DNA of 64,000 nucleotides from Eledone cirrhosa (taxonomy: Eukaryota), in NCBI GenBank assembly GCA_964016885.1, contig OZ024753.1, positions 35,464,001 to 35,528,000 of the forward strand, given 5' to 3'. Below are positions 39,146 to 55,512 of this stretch, one piece after another. Within the stretch, counting starts at the first letter, position 1, and each line of letters begins with the position of its first letter. The notes under the pieces were generated by a model. That model was not told where the DNA came from, searched no databases, and saw only the letters and a program-made list of their open reading frames with translations. Both the position numbers and the translations under genes were made by a program.

Positions 39146-39390
39146 ATATATATATATATGTGTGTGCGTGTATATATATATGTATGTGTGTGTATATATG
39201 TATATATATGTGTGTATATATATGTATGTGTGTGTATATATGTATATATATGTGTGTATATATGTGTGTGTGTATATGTATATATGTGTGTGTGTGTATA
39301 TGTATATATATGTGTGTGTATATGTATATATATGTGTGTGTGTATATATGTATACATATATACACACACATATATCTATACACATATATA

Positions 39391-40202
39391 TGTTTAGGGA
39401 ACTACTACCACTGCTAGCTGCAAAAGGCTTCTCCCTCAGAATGAAAGGCAGACTGTATGATGCGTGTATCCGAACAGCGATGTTGCATGGTAGTGAGACC
39501 TGGGCGCTGAAGGTGGAAGACTTACGTAGATTAGAGAGAAACGAAGCCTGCATGCTCCGATGGATGTGTAACAGTAATATACGTGAACGACAAAGCATAA
39601 ATGAATTGAGAGAGAGACTGAGCATAAGAGGAATCAAATGCTGCGTGCAGGAGAGGCGGTTACGCTGGTATGGACATGTGATGCGTATGAAGGATGACAG
39701 CTGCATAAAAAGGTGCAGAGCACTAGAAGTTGATGGAAACCGCGGAGTGGGGAGACCCAAGATGACTTGGGATGAGGTGATAAAAGCCGACCTTACCCAA
39801 CTACACCTCTCAAAGTCAATGACACACGACCGTGACTTCTGGCGTCACGCAGTGATACAGGGTACCCGACCTCCCATGGGTACATGCTGAAGCATATAAA
39901 CAATATGCCCCCCCCCCCCCCCCCCCCACCGCAAGGTGGTCGTGGAGGTGCCACGGCAAAAAAGCACCCAGCCCACACTGTAAAGTGGACGTGTAGGCGC
40001 CACGAAAAAGCACCCAGCACTCACTGTAAATGAGGTTGGTGTTAGGAAGGGCATCCAGCTGTAGAAATCAAGCCAGATCAGTTCCTGTATGAGCAAGGCA
40101 TGGTCAGCCGACCAGACACTGCCCACAACAGGACAACCCGTCTAACCCATGCTAGCGTGGAAGAACGGACGTAAAACGGTGATGATGATGATGATGATGA
40201 TG
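39391..40202 (+). mobile_element. RTE-clade LINE, 5'-truncated
   Basis: ORF remnant YDACIRTAMLHGSETW...RRLRWYGHVMRM...GRPKMTWDEVIKADL is typical of the RTE C-terminus. 3' UTR ends in (GAT)n. Confidence 0.9.
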
Positions 40203-40760
40203 TCCTTGAGTGGAAGTTACATTTCTTATCAAACATTATCTCATAGTACAAATTATCAATTGTAAACTCTATTTTCTACTATAAGGGATACCACACATTA
40301 TTTCCTATCATAGATTATTTCATGATATAAAAAAAACATCATAAGTCTGCCAAAGATCATCGCATTCAGAAAAAAAAAAATTATCGCCCATCATGTGACG
40401 TAAGAATAGATAATATTTCAGCTTTCCTCTTATCAGTTCCTTTGTTGAAATCAATCAATAATCATTAACGTTCATAATACTGTAAGTGGCCTAAATACAT
40501 CACCACATTCATTGTGTTATATAATTGGTTCTACTGTAGGCAGAAGGCCAACAGTTTTGGGGGAGGAGGAGAAAGATGATTAAATCGACTCCAGTGTGTT
40601 ACTGGTACTATATTTTATCGACCCTGTAAGGATGAAAAACAAAACTAATCTCAGTGGGATTTGAACTCAGAACATAAAGACCCATAACTCTATGCTATGA
40701 AGCATGTAGTCTGACGCTCTACCGATTACTTTCAATATCCCACCATAATACATATTAAAT

Positions 40761-40950
40761 AATTGTTTCTACTTTTGGCACAAGGCCAGCAACTACCCAG
40801 TGTATTACTGGTACTTTATTTTATCGACCCCGTAAGGATGAAAGGCAAAGTTAACCTTGGCGGGATTTGAACTCAGAATGGCAAGGGCAGTAACTCTATG
40901 CGTCAAAGCATGGCGTCCGACCCTCTACCGATACTGCCAATCCCCCGCCT
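40761..40950 (-). mobile_element. Abundant tRNA-derived SINE (Meta-domain-like centre), representative copy
   Basis: Head TGGCAGTATCGG...GAGTTCAAATCC, then ttgcctttcatccttacggggtcgataaaataaagtaccagt. Many copies, e.g. 4720-4910, 7060-7270, 13697-14058 (tandem), 25522-25706, 33310-33460, 34670-34800, 43828-44010, 50138-50295. The domain name is recalled, not verified. Confidence 0.85.
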
Positions 40951-41302
40951 TTAATAATATATATTAAATAATGGTTTCTGATTTAGGAACAAGGTCAACA
41001 GTTTGGGGGGGAAGTAAAAATCAATTAAATTGACCCTAGTGCATTACTGGTGCTTTATTTTATCAACCCCTTAAGGATGAAAGGACCCCATAAGGATGAA
41101 AGGCAAAGCTAAACTCAGAATGTAAAAGGCCGAAACTCTATGCCACAAATCATGTTGTCCAATGCTCTACTGCTACTCCTATTCCACCTTGTGTTATATA
41201 ATGATGTTATATACAGACTCTACTCTACTATGGAACAGTGTGTGTGTCTGCATGTACGGACCTGTAACTGCTGATGGTGTTGTTAGAAAAAGCCTAAAGC
41301 CT

Positions 41303-41575
41303 GTCTCGAGTCAGAAGGCTCATCAGGCCGGTACTTATCTCGGTTTCGTGGCGTGAAGCAACTGAGAGTATAAGACTTCCCCTGGACAGGACACCAGTCC
41401 ATCGCAGGGTTAAACCTTTAGCTATTGCTGGTACTTATTTTCAGCTGAGTATGCTGGAACAACGTGAAATGAAGTGTTTTGCTCAAGAATACAACACACA
41501 ACCTAGCCCAGGAATCATACCCATGACATTATGATCGTAAGTCCAACACCTTTACCATTAGGTCACGCGCCTCCT
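41303..41575 (-). mobile_element. tRNA-derived SINE with CORE-like segment and ctgcgatggactggtgtcctgtccaggg (V-domain-like) segment
   Basis: Homologous copies at 688-978 and 60573-61053, the latter interrupted by a MITE. Confidence 0.75.
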
Positions 41576-42300
41576 CGAGCCAGACTATATTAGCCAATGT
41601 AATTTATATTATCCAATGACAATATTATCCAATGATGTTTCTGTAGCTTTTCACCTTATCATTGTTAAACTAAAGACAGTATGCAATATATAGCAATTGG
41701 TTGGATTATAAATCAACAAAGGAATAAAGTTGTCACTCTATAGCATCATCATCATCAGCTTTGTCAAAAACACGACAACATCTCTAGTGTTGGTAATCTA
41801 CATAAATGCATCCAGTACCTTATGTAAAGTGGTTGATTATAAGAAGGGCATATAGCTGTAGAAAACCTGCTAAAGAAAGGGTCAAGAGGACTGTACAGCT
41901 GTGTCAAAGACATGACAATCCCCCTAGTGCTGGTCTCGAGATATAATGCAGTTGGTAGAACATGAGAATGTATGTAAGCAATATGCAGGTACATAGCCCA
42001 TCTGAGCAGTGTAGAGTGTAAAAATGAATGTAAGCGAGATGCAGGCCCCTGGTCCATCTGAGCACTCTCCAGAGTGTGGGAATGTATGTAAGTGAGACGC
42101 ACACCCCTGATCCATATAAACACTGTAGAATGTGTGAATAAAATGTGAGATGCAGGCTCCTGGTCCATCTGAGAGGTCAGTAGCTCTGCTTGGCTACAGA
42201 CCTAGTCTGTTGATGACCCATCCAACCCTTGCTAGCAGAGAAAATGGATGTTTAATGATGATGATGATCTGTGACCACAGTCATGTAATTCCAGACTTGA

Positions 42301-42708
<408 letters not shown>

Positions 42709-42759
42709 TGACAAAACTGGTTTTCTGTCTCCCTCCTTTCTCTTCATCTATCTGTCTAA

Positions 42760-42792
<33 letters not shown>

Positions 42793-44103
42793 GGTGTTAG
42801 GAAGGGCATCCAGCTGTATATAACCTGCCCGATACAGTCCTATACGAGCGAGACATGGTCACCCGATCAATCTTGCCTCAAGTGGGACAATTCCCATCTG
42901 ACCCATGCTAGCGTGGAAGATAGATCTTAAACGATGATGATAATGATGATGATGATGATAATATATATACACATATACATAGCCCGCTTGTGTTCATTAA
43001 TCAGTAATTGTTTCCCAGTTGTACATGTCGATCAACTAACTCTTGTGTACACTGGTTTTAGCACTCAACGTAGTATAGTTTTCAGACTGTGATATAATCA
43101 CACAGGTTTATGTACAACAGAGTTTTTGAAGTGAAGAATAAGGCAGTATTCTGGAATCCTATATCATTTTATTAATTACATTATTGCTGTTATATGCATA
43201 TCAAAGACATCAATTATGTAATTGACACGACCTCGTCAGACAGCTATTATGTAATTGTTTATACTGTTCTGGACGAGTATTTTTTAAGTTGTTACCTCAA
43301 GCCTGGCAAGTGTATGAATCTTAGTAAAAGTCTCTCTATTGAGACCCTTTGTTTGGCAGGTTGCCTACAGGCTGATACCCTTCCTGTCACCAACACTAAG
43401 CAAGGTGTCATGTCTATGACATAACTAGAAACTCCTCTCAACTCATTGTTTGGCAAGTTTCTATGGCTGGATGGCTTTTTTAATCAACAACCACTCTTTA
43501 CAGAGTGTACTGGGTGTGTTTATTGTACAGATCATTAACACCAAAGAGGTAGTTGTGCACCTGACACAACTATAGTCACCTTGATATGAATATTTACAAT
43601 GTCATACAAACTCTTATATCAACCACTTTTTCAGCATTCCTGAGAGTGAAGCTGACATTTTCGTAGCCTATCTCCAGTTCCAGTATAATTTTATAATAGC
43701 ACATAGTTTATGTCAAGCCAATCTAGATTCTGTCATTTCCATTTCACCTTTACACAGCTAAGGGAGTTAATTCGAATATGTAAATAAAGAGTTATTCATC
43801 TTGAATACTGAAATAAGAAGCAAGGAAATAATTGTTTCTACTTTTGGCACAAGGCCAGCAATAATCCAGTTCATTACTGGTACTTTATTTTATCCACCCC
43901 GTAAGGATGAAAGGCAAAGTTAACCTCGGCGGGATTTGAACTCAGAATGGCAAGGGCCGTAACTCTATGCGTCAAAGCATGGCGTCCGACCCTCTACCGA
44001 TACTGCCAATACACTACATGAGGCCAACTTAATATTACTCCATAGAAAACGTAATATACACAATAACACCTTCATTACCTTTTTTTCATTACATCTTTTC
44101 CAG

Positions 44104-44265
44104 AATCTGTTGGCTGGTGCCCTATTTGGAACTGTGATTGGCTTTCTAACAACAAGTTTTTTGACTGCTTGTGGTGCCACCTTCTGTTATTTGCTTTCAG
44201 AAAATTTTGGAAAACCTTACATCATAAAAAAATTCCATAAACGAATATCTTACCTCAATGAAAAG
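44104..44265 (+). CDS. TMEM41A: TMEM41A coding exon 3
   Basis: ttttccag|NLLAGALFGTVIGFLTTSFLTACGATFCYLLSENFGKPYIIKKFHKRISYLNEK|gtaaat. 162 nt, phase 0. Confidence 0.94.
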
Positions 44266-44318
44266 GTAAATGTTATTACACCTATTTCACATGGAAAATA
44301 TCTCTCTTATAACTGCTA

Positions 44319-44544
44319 TTAACCCATTAGCATTTACATTACTCCATATATACTATTGTATTTTAACAGTAAACACTTTATTTCACATAATTATCTTACA
44401 TAATATCGAATCGATGAGATTTTGATATTAATTTTGAGAACAATACCTTAACATAGGTATGAGCCGCTGATTATGGCTGGTTTGAACAGAAAGAGGTAAG
44501 AAAATTCTAGCCAGTTATGGCCAGTTTAAATACTAAAGGGTTAA
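44319..44544. mobile_element. piggyBac-type MITE (TTAA target site)
   Basis: TTAA-CCC(A/T)TTAGCATTTA ... TAAAT(A/G)CTAAAGGG-TTAA. Family copies at 37594-37775, 49464-49678, 49881-50093 and 60682-60910, partial at about 16298-16385. Confidence 0.8.
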
Positions 44545-45314
44545 CGTGTGTTTAGGTTGAACATTTCCATGCCATTAATGTTGGATTTTATCTGAAACAT
44601 TGATTAACATATTTTGACAAGATTCTGCATTATTTATCTGTTTATCTATCTGAGGAGAGGAAAGGAGTACAACCTCTTCGTACTCCTGGAGATGAGGGTT
44701 GCACATTTTTTCGGGGGTATGTGTTACCCATATGAACTGTCTCCCCCTATTGGGAAAAATCGACTAATTTTTTAAATTGCATTTGTGATAATATTATACA
44801 CGTCTTTATTGTATGTAAACTTCCCCCTTTGTATTTGTCCCCTTCTTTTGTGCCCCTGTGGCTAATAAAGAAACATATCTATCTCACAAGCGGTTTTGGC
44901 TTGTTTGTCACAAGCCGAAACCGCTTGGCATCGCGGTTTGGATTTTACATATCTATATACCTACTTTACATCTCCCCATGTATCAAGTAATCACATGATT
45001 AGTGGTCTCATTAATATATATCAACAGCCTATTTATATATATCAACAGTCGATTGACTTTTGTCAAATTGGACTATTGGTCTTTCCAATTGTTAATACTA
45101 TCTGTCAGTCGCCAATCCAGGTAGAAGGAGTAACATGAAATAAAGTGTCTTGCTCAAGGACATAACACATCACCCGGTCTGGGAATTGAACTCATAATCC
45201 CCTGATTGAGAATCCAATTCTCTAACTACTCAGCCATGCACCTTCACTATATATATATAAACACACACACACACATATACATATGTATTCATTTATGTTT
45301 CTCTTTGTTAATAG

Positions 45315-45536
<222 letters not shown>

Positions 45537-46337
45537 TAAATAAATGCCATTTTATTGTGTATTTCATTAATAAATATATACAGATTAACCATAGTCCACA
45601 ATAAAATGCACTCTGTAAGGTGGTTGGCAATCAGATACAAAGTAGAGTAGAGAGGACATGATAACCTCTCTAGTTCTGGTGTCATGATAAAATACAAAAC
45701 CCAGTACACTCTGTACAGAAATCACTGACCAGATCGCAAGGACTGCAATGAAAGTTTTAATACTATGAAATAAATGATAAATTTAGAGTGAATTCAACAA
45801 TTTTTTAGTATTTTTTGAATGACTAAAATGACTCTTCCACCTACATAGTTTTAGTTTCAAAACAGTCTCAAATCATGTGTCAAATAACTCCGAAATTTTA
45901 GCAGATTCATCATCATCATCATCATTATCGTTTAATGTCTATTTTCCCTTCTAGCAAGGTTTGGACATGTAGTCACTGACTGGTCAATACAAAACAGAGT
46001 CTCTGACCTTCAGGTTGGCAAAAGTCCGACTTACAATCTCGTACTCTACCAAGTGCATTTTATTATGGTCACAACACTAAGGAATTTGTCATGTTTTTGA
46101 CATACTTAAAGAGTCTTTCCAACCATTTGTTTGACAGGATTTCTATGGCTGGATGCCCTTCCTATCACCAACCACTTTACAATATGTTCTGAGTGCATTT
46201 GTCCTGTAAATCACCAACATTAGGGAGGTTGAACTTTTGGAAAAACTAAAGCTATATACAGCATTTGTTTTAAAAATATATTTTGAAAAAATTAAAACTA
46301 TGAATACTATCTGTTTTTTTTTATACTTTCTTTTCAG

Positions 46338-46516
46338 GTTTGATGCCGTACAATTTCATTTGTGTTCAGACTGGGTGTGTTTTATCTTCACTGCGGTCTG
46401 TCAACGATATATTTACTATTTCAACTGTTTTAAAGCTGCTGGGCATTGCTCTTGTAGCTGTTGTACCTGGATGTATCATCAAGTATTGGAAACAAAAACC
46501 TGTTAAACTGGAATAA
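46338..46516 (+). CDS. TMEM41A: TMEM41A coding exon 5 (terminal)
   Basis: ttttcag|(G)LMPYNFICVQTGCVLSSLRSVNDIFTISTVLKLLGIALVAVVPGCIIKYWKQKPVKLE*. PYNFICVQTG is conserved. Total CDS 747 nt. Confidence 0.94.
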
Positions 46517-48143
46517 TTCTGTATAGACTATATAATATAATATGAGTTAGTATGAAGATGATTTTATGGCTGGAAGAATTGACTGGAACAATTTTGTAAT
46601 TTAAATCAAAAGTCATTTTAAAAGATAATTTTATATTTATTCTATAATAGTTATTGAAACATATCTTGTGAATACTATTTAGTTTCACTTGATAAATAGA
46701 ATAAGTATTATGATATAATTAATGTGATAACATTTTGAAACCCCCCACTGATTAGTTGTTAGTGCACCCAGGCCTGAGTAGAGAGGAGTGAGGGCAGGTG
46801 AGCTAGTTGGCATGGATCTAGGATTTTGAGGGGAGTTTATTCCTCCCAAGTTCTAATTTTTTTTATTAGTTCTTTTACTTCTAAGTACATCATGTTCACT
46901 ACATATACATATATCTACTCATACATATAAATAATGTTAGTAAATTATATATATATATATATAATGTAGGAAAATTCAGTCGCAGAAAAATAACTATATA
47001 TACAGTTGGTTGCTATAAATAGCTTAGACAATTGGGTAAAGACCATTTATAGACGGGAAAAAATGTGACCAGTAGTTGTAATGAAGAATCAAAATCCTTA
47101 TCTTACAGATACTGGCTGATTGCTTTAATCATTGAGCTAAATGGCCCCTTACAACAATCTCCATCTAAATTAAACAGCTTTGAAAATGTAAACAACATTG
47201 TATGCAAAGTTTGAACAGTTGAAACACTGGAAGATTGAAATAGGGTCGACATTTCACATTTAGCCTAGACTTATTACCAGCTTTGTACAGGCCTGGATAT
47301 ACTTAGACTGTTCTCAAAGTTTGCTGTAAAAAACCATTCATTTTATGTCAACCCAGTGAAAACAATTATCTGTGTATCTAAGAATTTTATTGATTATGTA
47401 TGTGTATGTGAGTTTGTATGTGTACATTAACACATATAACAATCATTATATGACCAATGTCCCTACTAAAGTAGGGGTTAACCTTATGGACCCCATGGCT
47501 GGCTTCATACTCATTATGGAGCCCTTTGAGGAAATGTTTTACAGCTGGATGCCCTTCTTGTCATCAACCTTTTTAGTCGCTTCTTACAATTCACTGGGAT
47601 ATGGTGTACCTATTCTAAATCAGATACAGGCAACAAATATTAACACACATATACATACACAAATAAAACTAGTTTGCCACACACATCATATATATATTGA
47701 GACATTAATCATAGAACTGTTGTATTGTTTGGTTAAAGAAATGCTGCCATATAACTGTTCTGCTGTTTTTAGAGACATCTCTAAGATTAAATATGAAATT
47801 GTTGCGATGTAGCTTGCCTATATTATTTTTGATATGAGATTATTTAACCAGAAAAATTGTACTACCCTTCTTAGCTGTGATTCTGCATCGCCCAAATGTG
47901 ATAAAAAAAACATCTGAAACATAGAGAGCTATTTATTTTATGGAGGTGAAATAAATGGTGATAACGTTCACTGTTAATATTGTTTTTCTTTGTCAACTTT
48001 ATTCAACGTTTATTTACTTGTTATTTTTTTTTGTACTTATATTTGGTGTTCACTCAGGATTTTGGTTATTATAATAAAAACAGCTGTAACAAAAGTAGAT
48101 GGAAACTGTGTGGAAGCCCATCCTATATACATACATATATGAA

Positions 48144-48174
<31 letters not shown>

Positions 48175-48351
48175 GAGAGATATGTGTGTGCATTCATGTA
48201 TATATTAAGTTGACACTGCTTAACTTATCAGTTCAACAAACAGAGATTGATAAAATACATACCAGGCTTAAAAAATAACCCTTTAAGGTAGTGGCTTGGC
48301 ATGGGCTTAGTCTAATGATATAGTCAATAAAAGAATAAAATAGTGTGTATG

Positions 48352-48383
<32 letters not shown>

Positions 48384-50689
48384 TAGAGTATGGGGTCAAC
48401 CAAACAGGCTATCATAACTGATAGTCCTCAGTGAAATATGTATAACGGAGTTTTAAATAAATTTCAATCAACTGATTATGGTCTCCGATCTTTTAATAAT
48501 ATATATATGTATATATATATATATATATTATAATCATTCTCAGAAGTAATAAAACACTATTTATAATCTAAATTTAGTGCTTTTGTCCATCAAAGGGACT
48601 TAGCAAGATATAATGTTAGTTGTTAATGTATTTTCTATCTCTATATCTCTTTCTCTCACACATACACCATATTAACAACACTACCACACATACACAATAC
48701 ACAATCACCACCAAACCACTATTTCCGATTATGTATGACCTGAATATATTCTCTCCTATTGCTTTTAACTATGACATCAATCAATCAACCTGGTTCTATG
48801 TAAACAGCCACCTCTTAGTATGTCTTCTCTCTTCCTTACAATGTGTTAAACTAATAACTCATCTATGTTGTGTACTCTTGTTATATAGACACAGACATGG
48901 CTGTGCGGTTAAGGAGTTTCTTATGCAACTACATGGTTTAGGGTTCTGTCCCACTGTGTGACACCTTGGGCAAGTATTTTCTACTATAACATCAGATTGT
49001 ATGCTAAAAGTAAACAGAAAACAACACACAAAACGATACGGTACAATGAAGATATATATTTGTTTAACATTTGATATAGTAAGAAAAGAATTAACATTTC
49101 AGATGTTAGTCCTTTATCAGATAGAGGAGAATGAGAAGAGGAAAAAGCATGTGTATGTTAAGTCAGACATATATATATATATCTTTCACCCAGGTGGCCC
49201 ATGTTCGATTCCCAGCATGGGGATGTTAATTTCAAAGGTGGTGCCCCAGCATAGCTTCAGCCGGATGGCTGGAACAGGTAAAAGAGTAAAAGAGTATACA
49301 CAACCGTTGCTAGCAGGGAGAGCAGGCATTAAAATAACAATGATGACCGACAACGACACACACAAGCCAAAATACAGATCTGTGTGAGCATGACATGTTC
49401 TCCAGACCTGATTTGTTTCAATGTAACAACCTATCTAACCCATGCAAGTGTGGAAAATGGACATTAACCCTTTAATGTTCAAACCGGCCAAAACCGGCCA
49501 GAATTCTCTACCTTTTTCTGTTGAAACTGGCTGTAACTGGTCACTCAAACTAATGTTAAGGTATTGTTCTCAAAATAAATACTTTCAAAATCTCATAGAT
49601 TCGATATTATGTGAGGTAAAGCATTTACCATGAAAATATAATAGTATATATAGAATAATGTGAATGCTAAAGGGTTAAACGATGATGATGATACCCGCAC
49701 ACATACTCCAGTTTCCATCAGCCAAATTTCACTTGGAAGGCCTTGACCAACCTGAAGATGTTGTAAAAGATACATGTCCAAGGGGCCACATAGTGGAACT
49801 GAACCCCAAACCATATGGTTCTCAAATAAACTCCTTAACCACACAGCCATCCTTGCAACCTGTCATACTGTATATATTGTTTAACCCTTTAGCATTTACA
49901 TTACTCTATATTTACTATTGTATTTCCATAGTAAACACTATATCTCACATAATATCGAATCTATGAGATTTTGATATCTATTTTGAGAACAATACCCTAA
50001 CATAAGTATGAACAGCTGGCTGTGGCCGGTTTGAACAGAAAAAGGTGAGAGAATTCTAGCCGGATATGGCCGGTTTAAATGCTAATGGGTTAACTATTAA
50101 CTCTGTTACCGTGTAGTCATGTTGTTTTTATTATTATGCAGTATCGGTAGAGCGTCGGACACCATGTTTCGCAGCATAGAGTTACGGCCCTTTACGTTCT
50201 GAGTTCAAATCCCGTCGAGGTTAACTTTGCCTTTCATCCTTACGGGGTCGATAAAATAAAGGACCAGTAATGCACTGGGGTTGATTTAATCGACATTCAC
50301 ATATATACACATATATTAGATAAGCACTCACACATCACATATACACATACATTAGATAAAACATACATCACACACACATCTGAGACAAACACAACACACG
50401 TATTTGAGACACACACATGAAATAAACAGTACACACACATATCTAAAACACACACGAGACACACACATTCCACAAATATATCTAAGACATACACACACAT
50501 ATATAAGACACACACACACACATACAAGACAAATACACAAGATAGATGCAATAAAAAACACCACACACACGACAAACACCACACACACATTAAAGACAAA
50601 TACCACACACACATACAGACATTCAAGACAAACACACCAGACATACATACACATTCAAGACAAACACACAACACACATACACACATTCA

Positions 50690-51475
50690 AGACAAATACC
50701 ACACACACACACATTCAAGACACACACACACATTCAAGACACACACCACACACACACACATACATACACATTCAAGACAACCACACAAAACACACAGCAC
50801 ACATACACACACACATTCAAGACAAACACACAGCACACATACGCACACACATTCAAGACAAACATACAGCACACATACACACACATTCAAGACAAACACA
50901 CAGCACACATACGCACGCACACATTCAAGACAAACACACAGCACACATACACACACACATTCAAGACAAACACACAGCACACATACACACACACATTTAA
51001 GACAAATACACACACACATTCAAGACAAACACACAGCACACATACACACAAACACACATTTAAGACAAACACACAGCACACATTCACACACACACATTCA
51101 AGACAAACACACAGCACACATACACACATTCAAGACAAACACACAGCACACATACACACACACATTTAAGACAAACACACAGCACACATACACACACACA
51201 CATTCAAGACAAACACACAGCACACATATTCAAGACAAACACACAGCACACATACACACACACATTCAAGACAAACACACAGCACACATACGCACACACA
51301 CATTCAAGACAAACACACAGCACACATACACACACACATTCAAGACAAACACACAGCACACATACACACACACATTCAAGACAAACACACAGCACACATA
51401 CACACACACATTCAAGACAAACACATGTCACACATACACACACACACATTCAAGACAAACACATGTCACACATAC
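50690..51475 (+). repeat. Minisatellite, unit of about 30-36 bp (TTCAAGACAAACACACAGCACACATACACACACACA)
   Basis: About 20 or more tandem units with variable CA length. Confidence 0.9.
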
Positions 51476-52937
51476 ACACGCACACATTGTTACACCATGG
51501 AAATATCCCTGAGTATTTAATAAGACTTTTCCTCTCCATATATCTGTTGTGTAATGAAAAAGGTTTCCGTTTCATGTTAAATTTGACTCCATTGTCTTTG
51601 TTGTTGTTGTTAGATGTTTGCAATAGATCCAATACTATCAAGCCATGCTTCTTTATCATCTTCCACCCTTTCTCTTTCACCTATATCTACATCTCCCTCC
51701 CATCACCACTCTCACCTACAAATGCCCACGCATTATTTAATAAATTCTCCCATAACACCACCACCACCACCATCACCACTGCTATTACTATCACAACCAC
51801 AATTTCCTTACCACCACCACCACCACCACCACAACTTCCCCACCATTACTTACTATCGAAACCACAATTCCCTCTCTCCCACCCCCCGTTCCATCACCAC
51901 CACCACCATAATTCCCCACCATAACCACCTCCATCACAATTTCCCCACCACCATTATTTTCACAACCATAATTTGCCCACCACCACCACCACCACCACCA
52001 TCACCAGCAGTACCCCCACAACCAACACTGCCACCTTCACCATCCTGATCTCACTACCAACAAACATCACCACTGCCTTCAGTGCCACAATCTTAAAACC
52101 ACCATTACCACTATACCACTGCCACCACCACTACCACTGCCACCACCACCACCACCATTACCACTGCCACCACCACCACCACCACCACTACCACTGCCAC
52201 CACCACCACCACCACCACCACTACCACTGCCACCACCACCACCACCATTACCACTGCCACCACCACCACCACCATTACCACTGCCACCACTGCCACCACC
52301 ACCACCACCACCCCTATTACCACTGCCACCACCACCACCACCACCCCTATTACCACTGCCACCACCACCATTACCACCACCACCACTGCCACCACCACCA
52401 TTACCACCACCACCACCATCGCCAACCCCACCATCCTAACTTAGGTGACAACCCACACATCTCTCTGACATTGCTTTCCTCCTGTTTCTCTTAGTTTTTT
52501 TTCAATAAATACAACAGTTTTCCTCTACACACACCACCACCACCACCACCACCACCACCACACTCGCCCTCTTTCTTCTTCTACTCTTCCTTCTCCCACA
52601 TCCACCTACATGTTTCTGCTTGCACACATCTCTTATAGATACCTGTCTGATGTGCACTGACTAGGACGCCCCCGCACGTCTGTAACGTGCCGTTAAGATC
52701 CCACACACTGAGTGTATAGCACTATAAATGTATGTGTGCATGTTGACATACGTCTCTACATACATTATATATAGATATATATATAGATGTATATATATAT
52801 AGATGACCCGTATTTCTTATATATTGAACTGTAATACACAGATATCTACACCCACATACATATATTGACGCACAAATACACACACTCAGACTCCTATATA
52901 CATGTGTATCTATCTATATATATATATATATATATGT

Positions 52938-52972
<35 letters not shown>

Positions 52973-55097
52973 CATGTATATATATATATACATATATATA
53001 TAAATACATATATATATACATGTATATATATATACATGTATATGTATATGTACATGTATATATATATACATGTATATATATATACATGTATATGTATATG
53101 TACATGTACATATACATGTATATATATATATAGATGTATATATATATATATACATATATATATACATATATATATACATGTATATATATATATACACATG
53201 TATATATATATATACATGTATATATATACATGTATATATATACATGTATATATATATATACATGTATATATATACATGTATATATATACACATATATATG
53301 TACACATGTATATGTACACATGTATATGTACACATGTACATGTACACATGTACATGTACACATGTACATGTATACATGTACATGTACACATGTACATGTA
53401 TACATGTATACATGTACATGTACACATGTACATGTATACATGTACATGTATACATGTACATGTACACATGTACATGTATACATGTACATGTACATGTACA
53501 CATGTACATATACATGTATACATATACATGTACATGTATACATATACATGTACATGTATACATATACATGTACATGTATACATATACATGTACATGTGTA
53601 CATATACATGTGTACATATACATGTGTACATATACATGTGTACATATACATGTATATATATACATGTGTATATATATACATGTATATATATATACATGTA
53701 TATATATATATACATGTATATATATATATACATGTATATATATATATATACATGTATATATATATATACATGTATATATATATACACATGTATATATATA
53801 TATACATGTATATATATATATACATGTATATATATATATACATGTATATATATATATACATGTATATATATACACATGTATATATATACACATGTATATA
53901 TATACACATGTATATATATACATGTATATATACATGTATATATATACATGTATATATATACATGTATATATATACATGTATATATATACATGTATATATA
54001 TATACATGTATGTATATATACATGTATATGTATATATACATGTATATATATATATATAGATGTATATATATATATATACATGTATATATATACATGTATA
54101 TATATACATGTATATATATACATGTATATATATACATGTATATATATATACATATACATGTATATACATATACATGTATATATATACATGTATATATATA
54201 CATGTATATATATACATGTATATATATACATGTATATATATACATGTATATATATACATGTATATATATACATGTATATATATACATGTATATATATACA
54301 TGTATATATATACATGTATATATATACACGTATATATATACATGTATATATATACATGTATATATATACACGTATATATATACACGTATATATATACACG
54401 TATATATATACACGTATATATATACACGTATATATATACACATGTATATATATACACATGTATATATACACATGTATATGTACACATGTATATGTACACA
54501 TGTATATGTACACATGTATATGTACACATGTATATGTACACATGTATATGTACACATGTATATGTACACATGTACATGTATATGTACACATGTACATGTA
54601 TATGTACACATGTACATGTATACATGTATACATGTACATGTATATGTATATATATATACATGTATGTATATATACATGTATATATACACATGTATATATA
54701 CACATGTATATATACACATGTATATATACACATGTATATATACACATGTATATATACACATGTATATACACATGTATATATACACATGTATATATATATA
54801 TATATATACATACATATATATATACACATATATATATATACATACATATATATATATATACACATATATATATATATACACATATATATATATATATATA
54901 CACATATATATACATATATACACATATATATATATATATATACATACATATATATATATATACATACATATATATATATATACATACATATATATATATA
55001 TACATACATATATATATATATACATACATATATATATATATACATACATATATATATATATACATACATATATATATATATACATACATATATATAT

Positions 55098-55512
55098 AAC
55101 TTTGAATAACTTTGAAATGTTTTGGCCAGTATTGGCCCAGGCCATGTCTAACTTAATAGCACCACCTGGCGAAGTCTTTCAATTCAGGATTTGGGCACCA
55201 TGGCCCATTCGAGAAGAGAATTACTGTTTGCGGAGACATATCCGGGTGTGGGTGGTTTGTCCGGGATTACTTGGAGGAATTTGTCCAAAGACTTCTTGAA
55301 TTTTGTGTGGTCAGTTTCTGTTTTGACGTGTCCTGGTGTGATGTTGAAGAGAGCAGGGCCGATTGAGGTGAAATAATTGTGCCGTATTGTTGTTATGAGT
55401 TGCGATTTAGATTTTTGAATGGGACGGATAGCACGGGGCCCAAGCCTTGGGTGTATCTTGAAGGCGATGCCAACATCATTTGGGCAGTGATGATGGAACA
55501 TTTTCCACATCA

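Noticed and set aside
50690-51475. CRISPR-like array of a constant TTCAAGACAAAC motif with spacers
   Set aside because: The spacers are CA microsatellite variants rather than unique sequences, the context is eukaryotic, and there are no cas genes.
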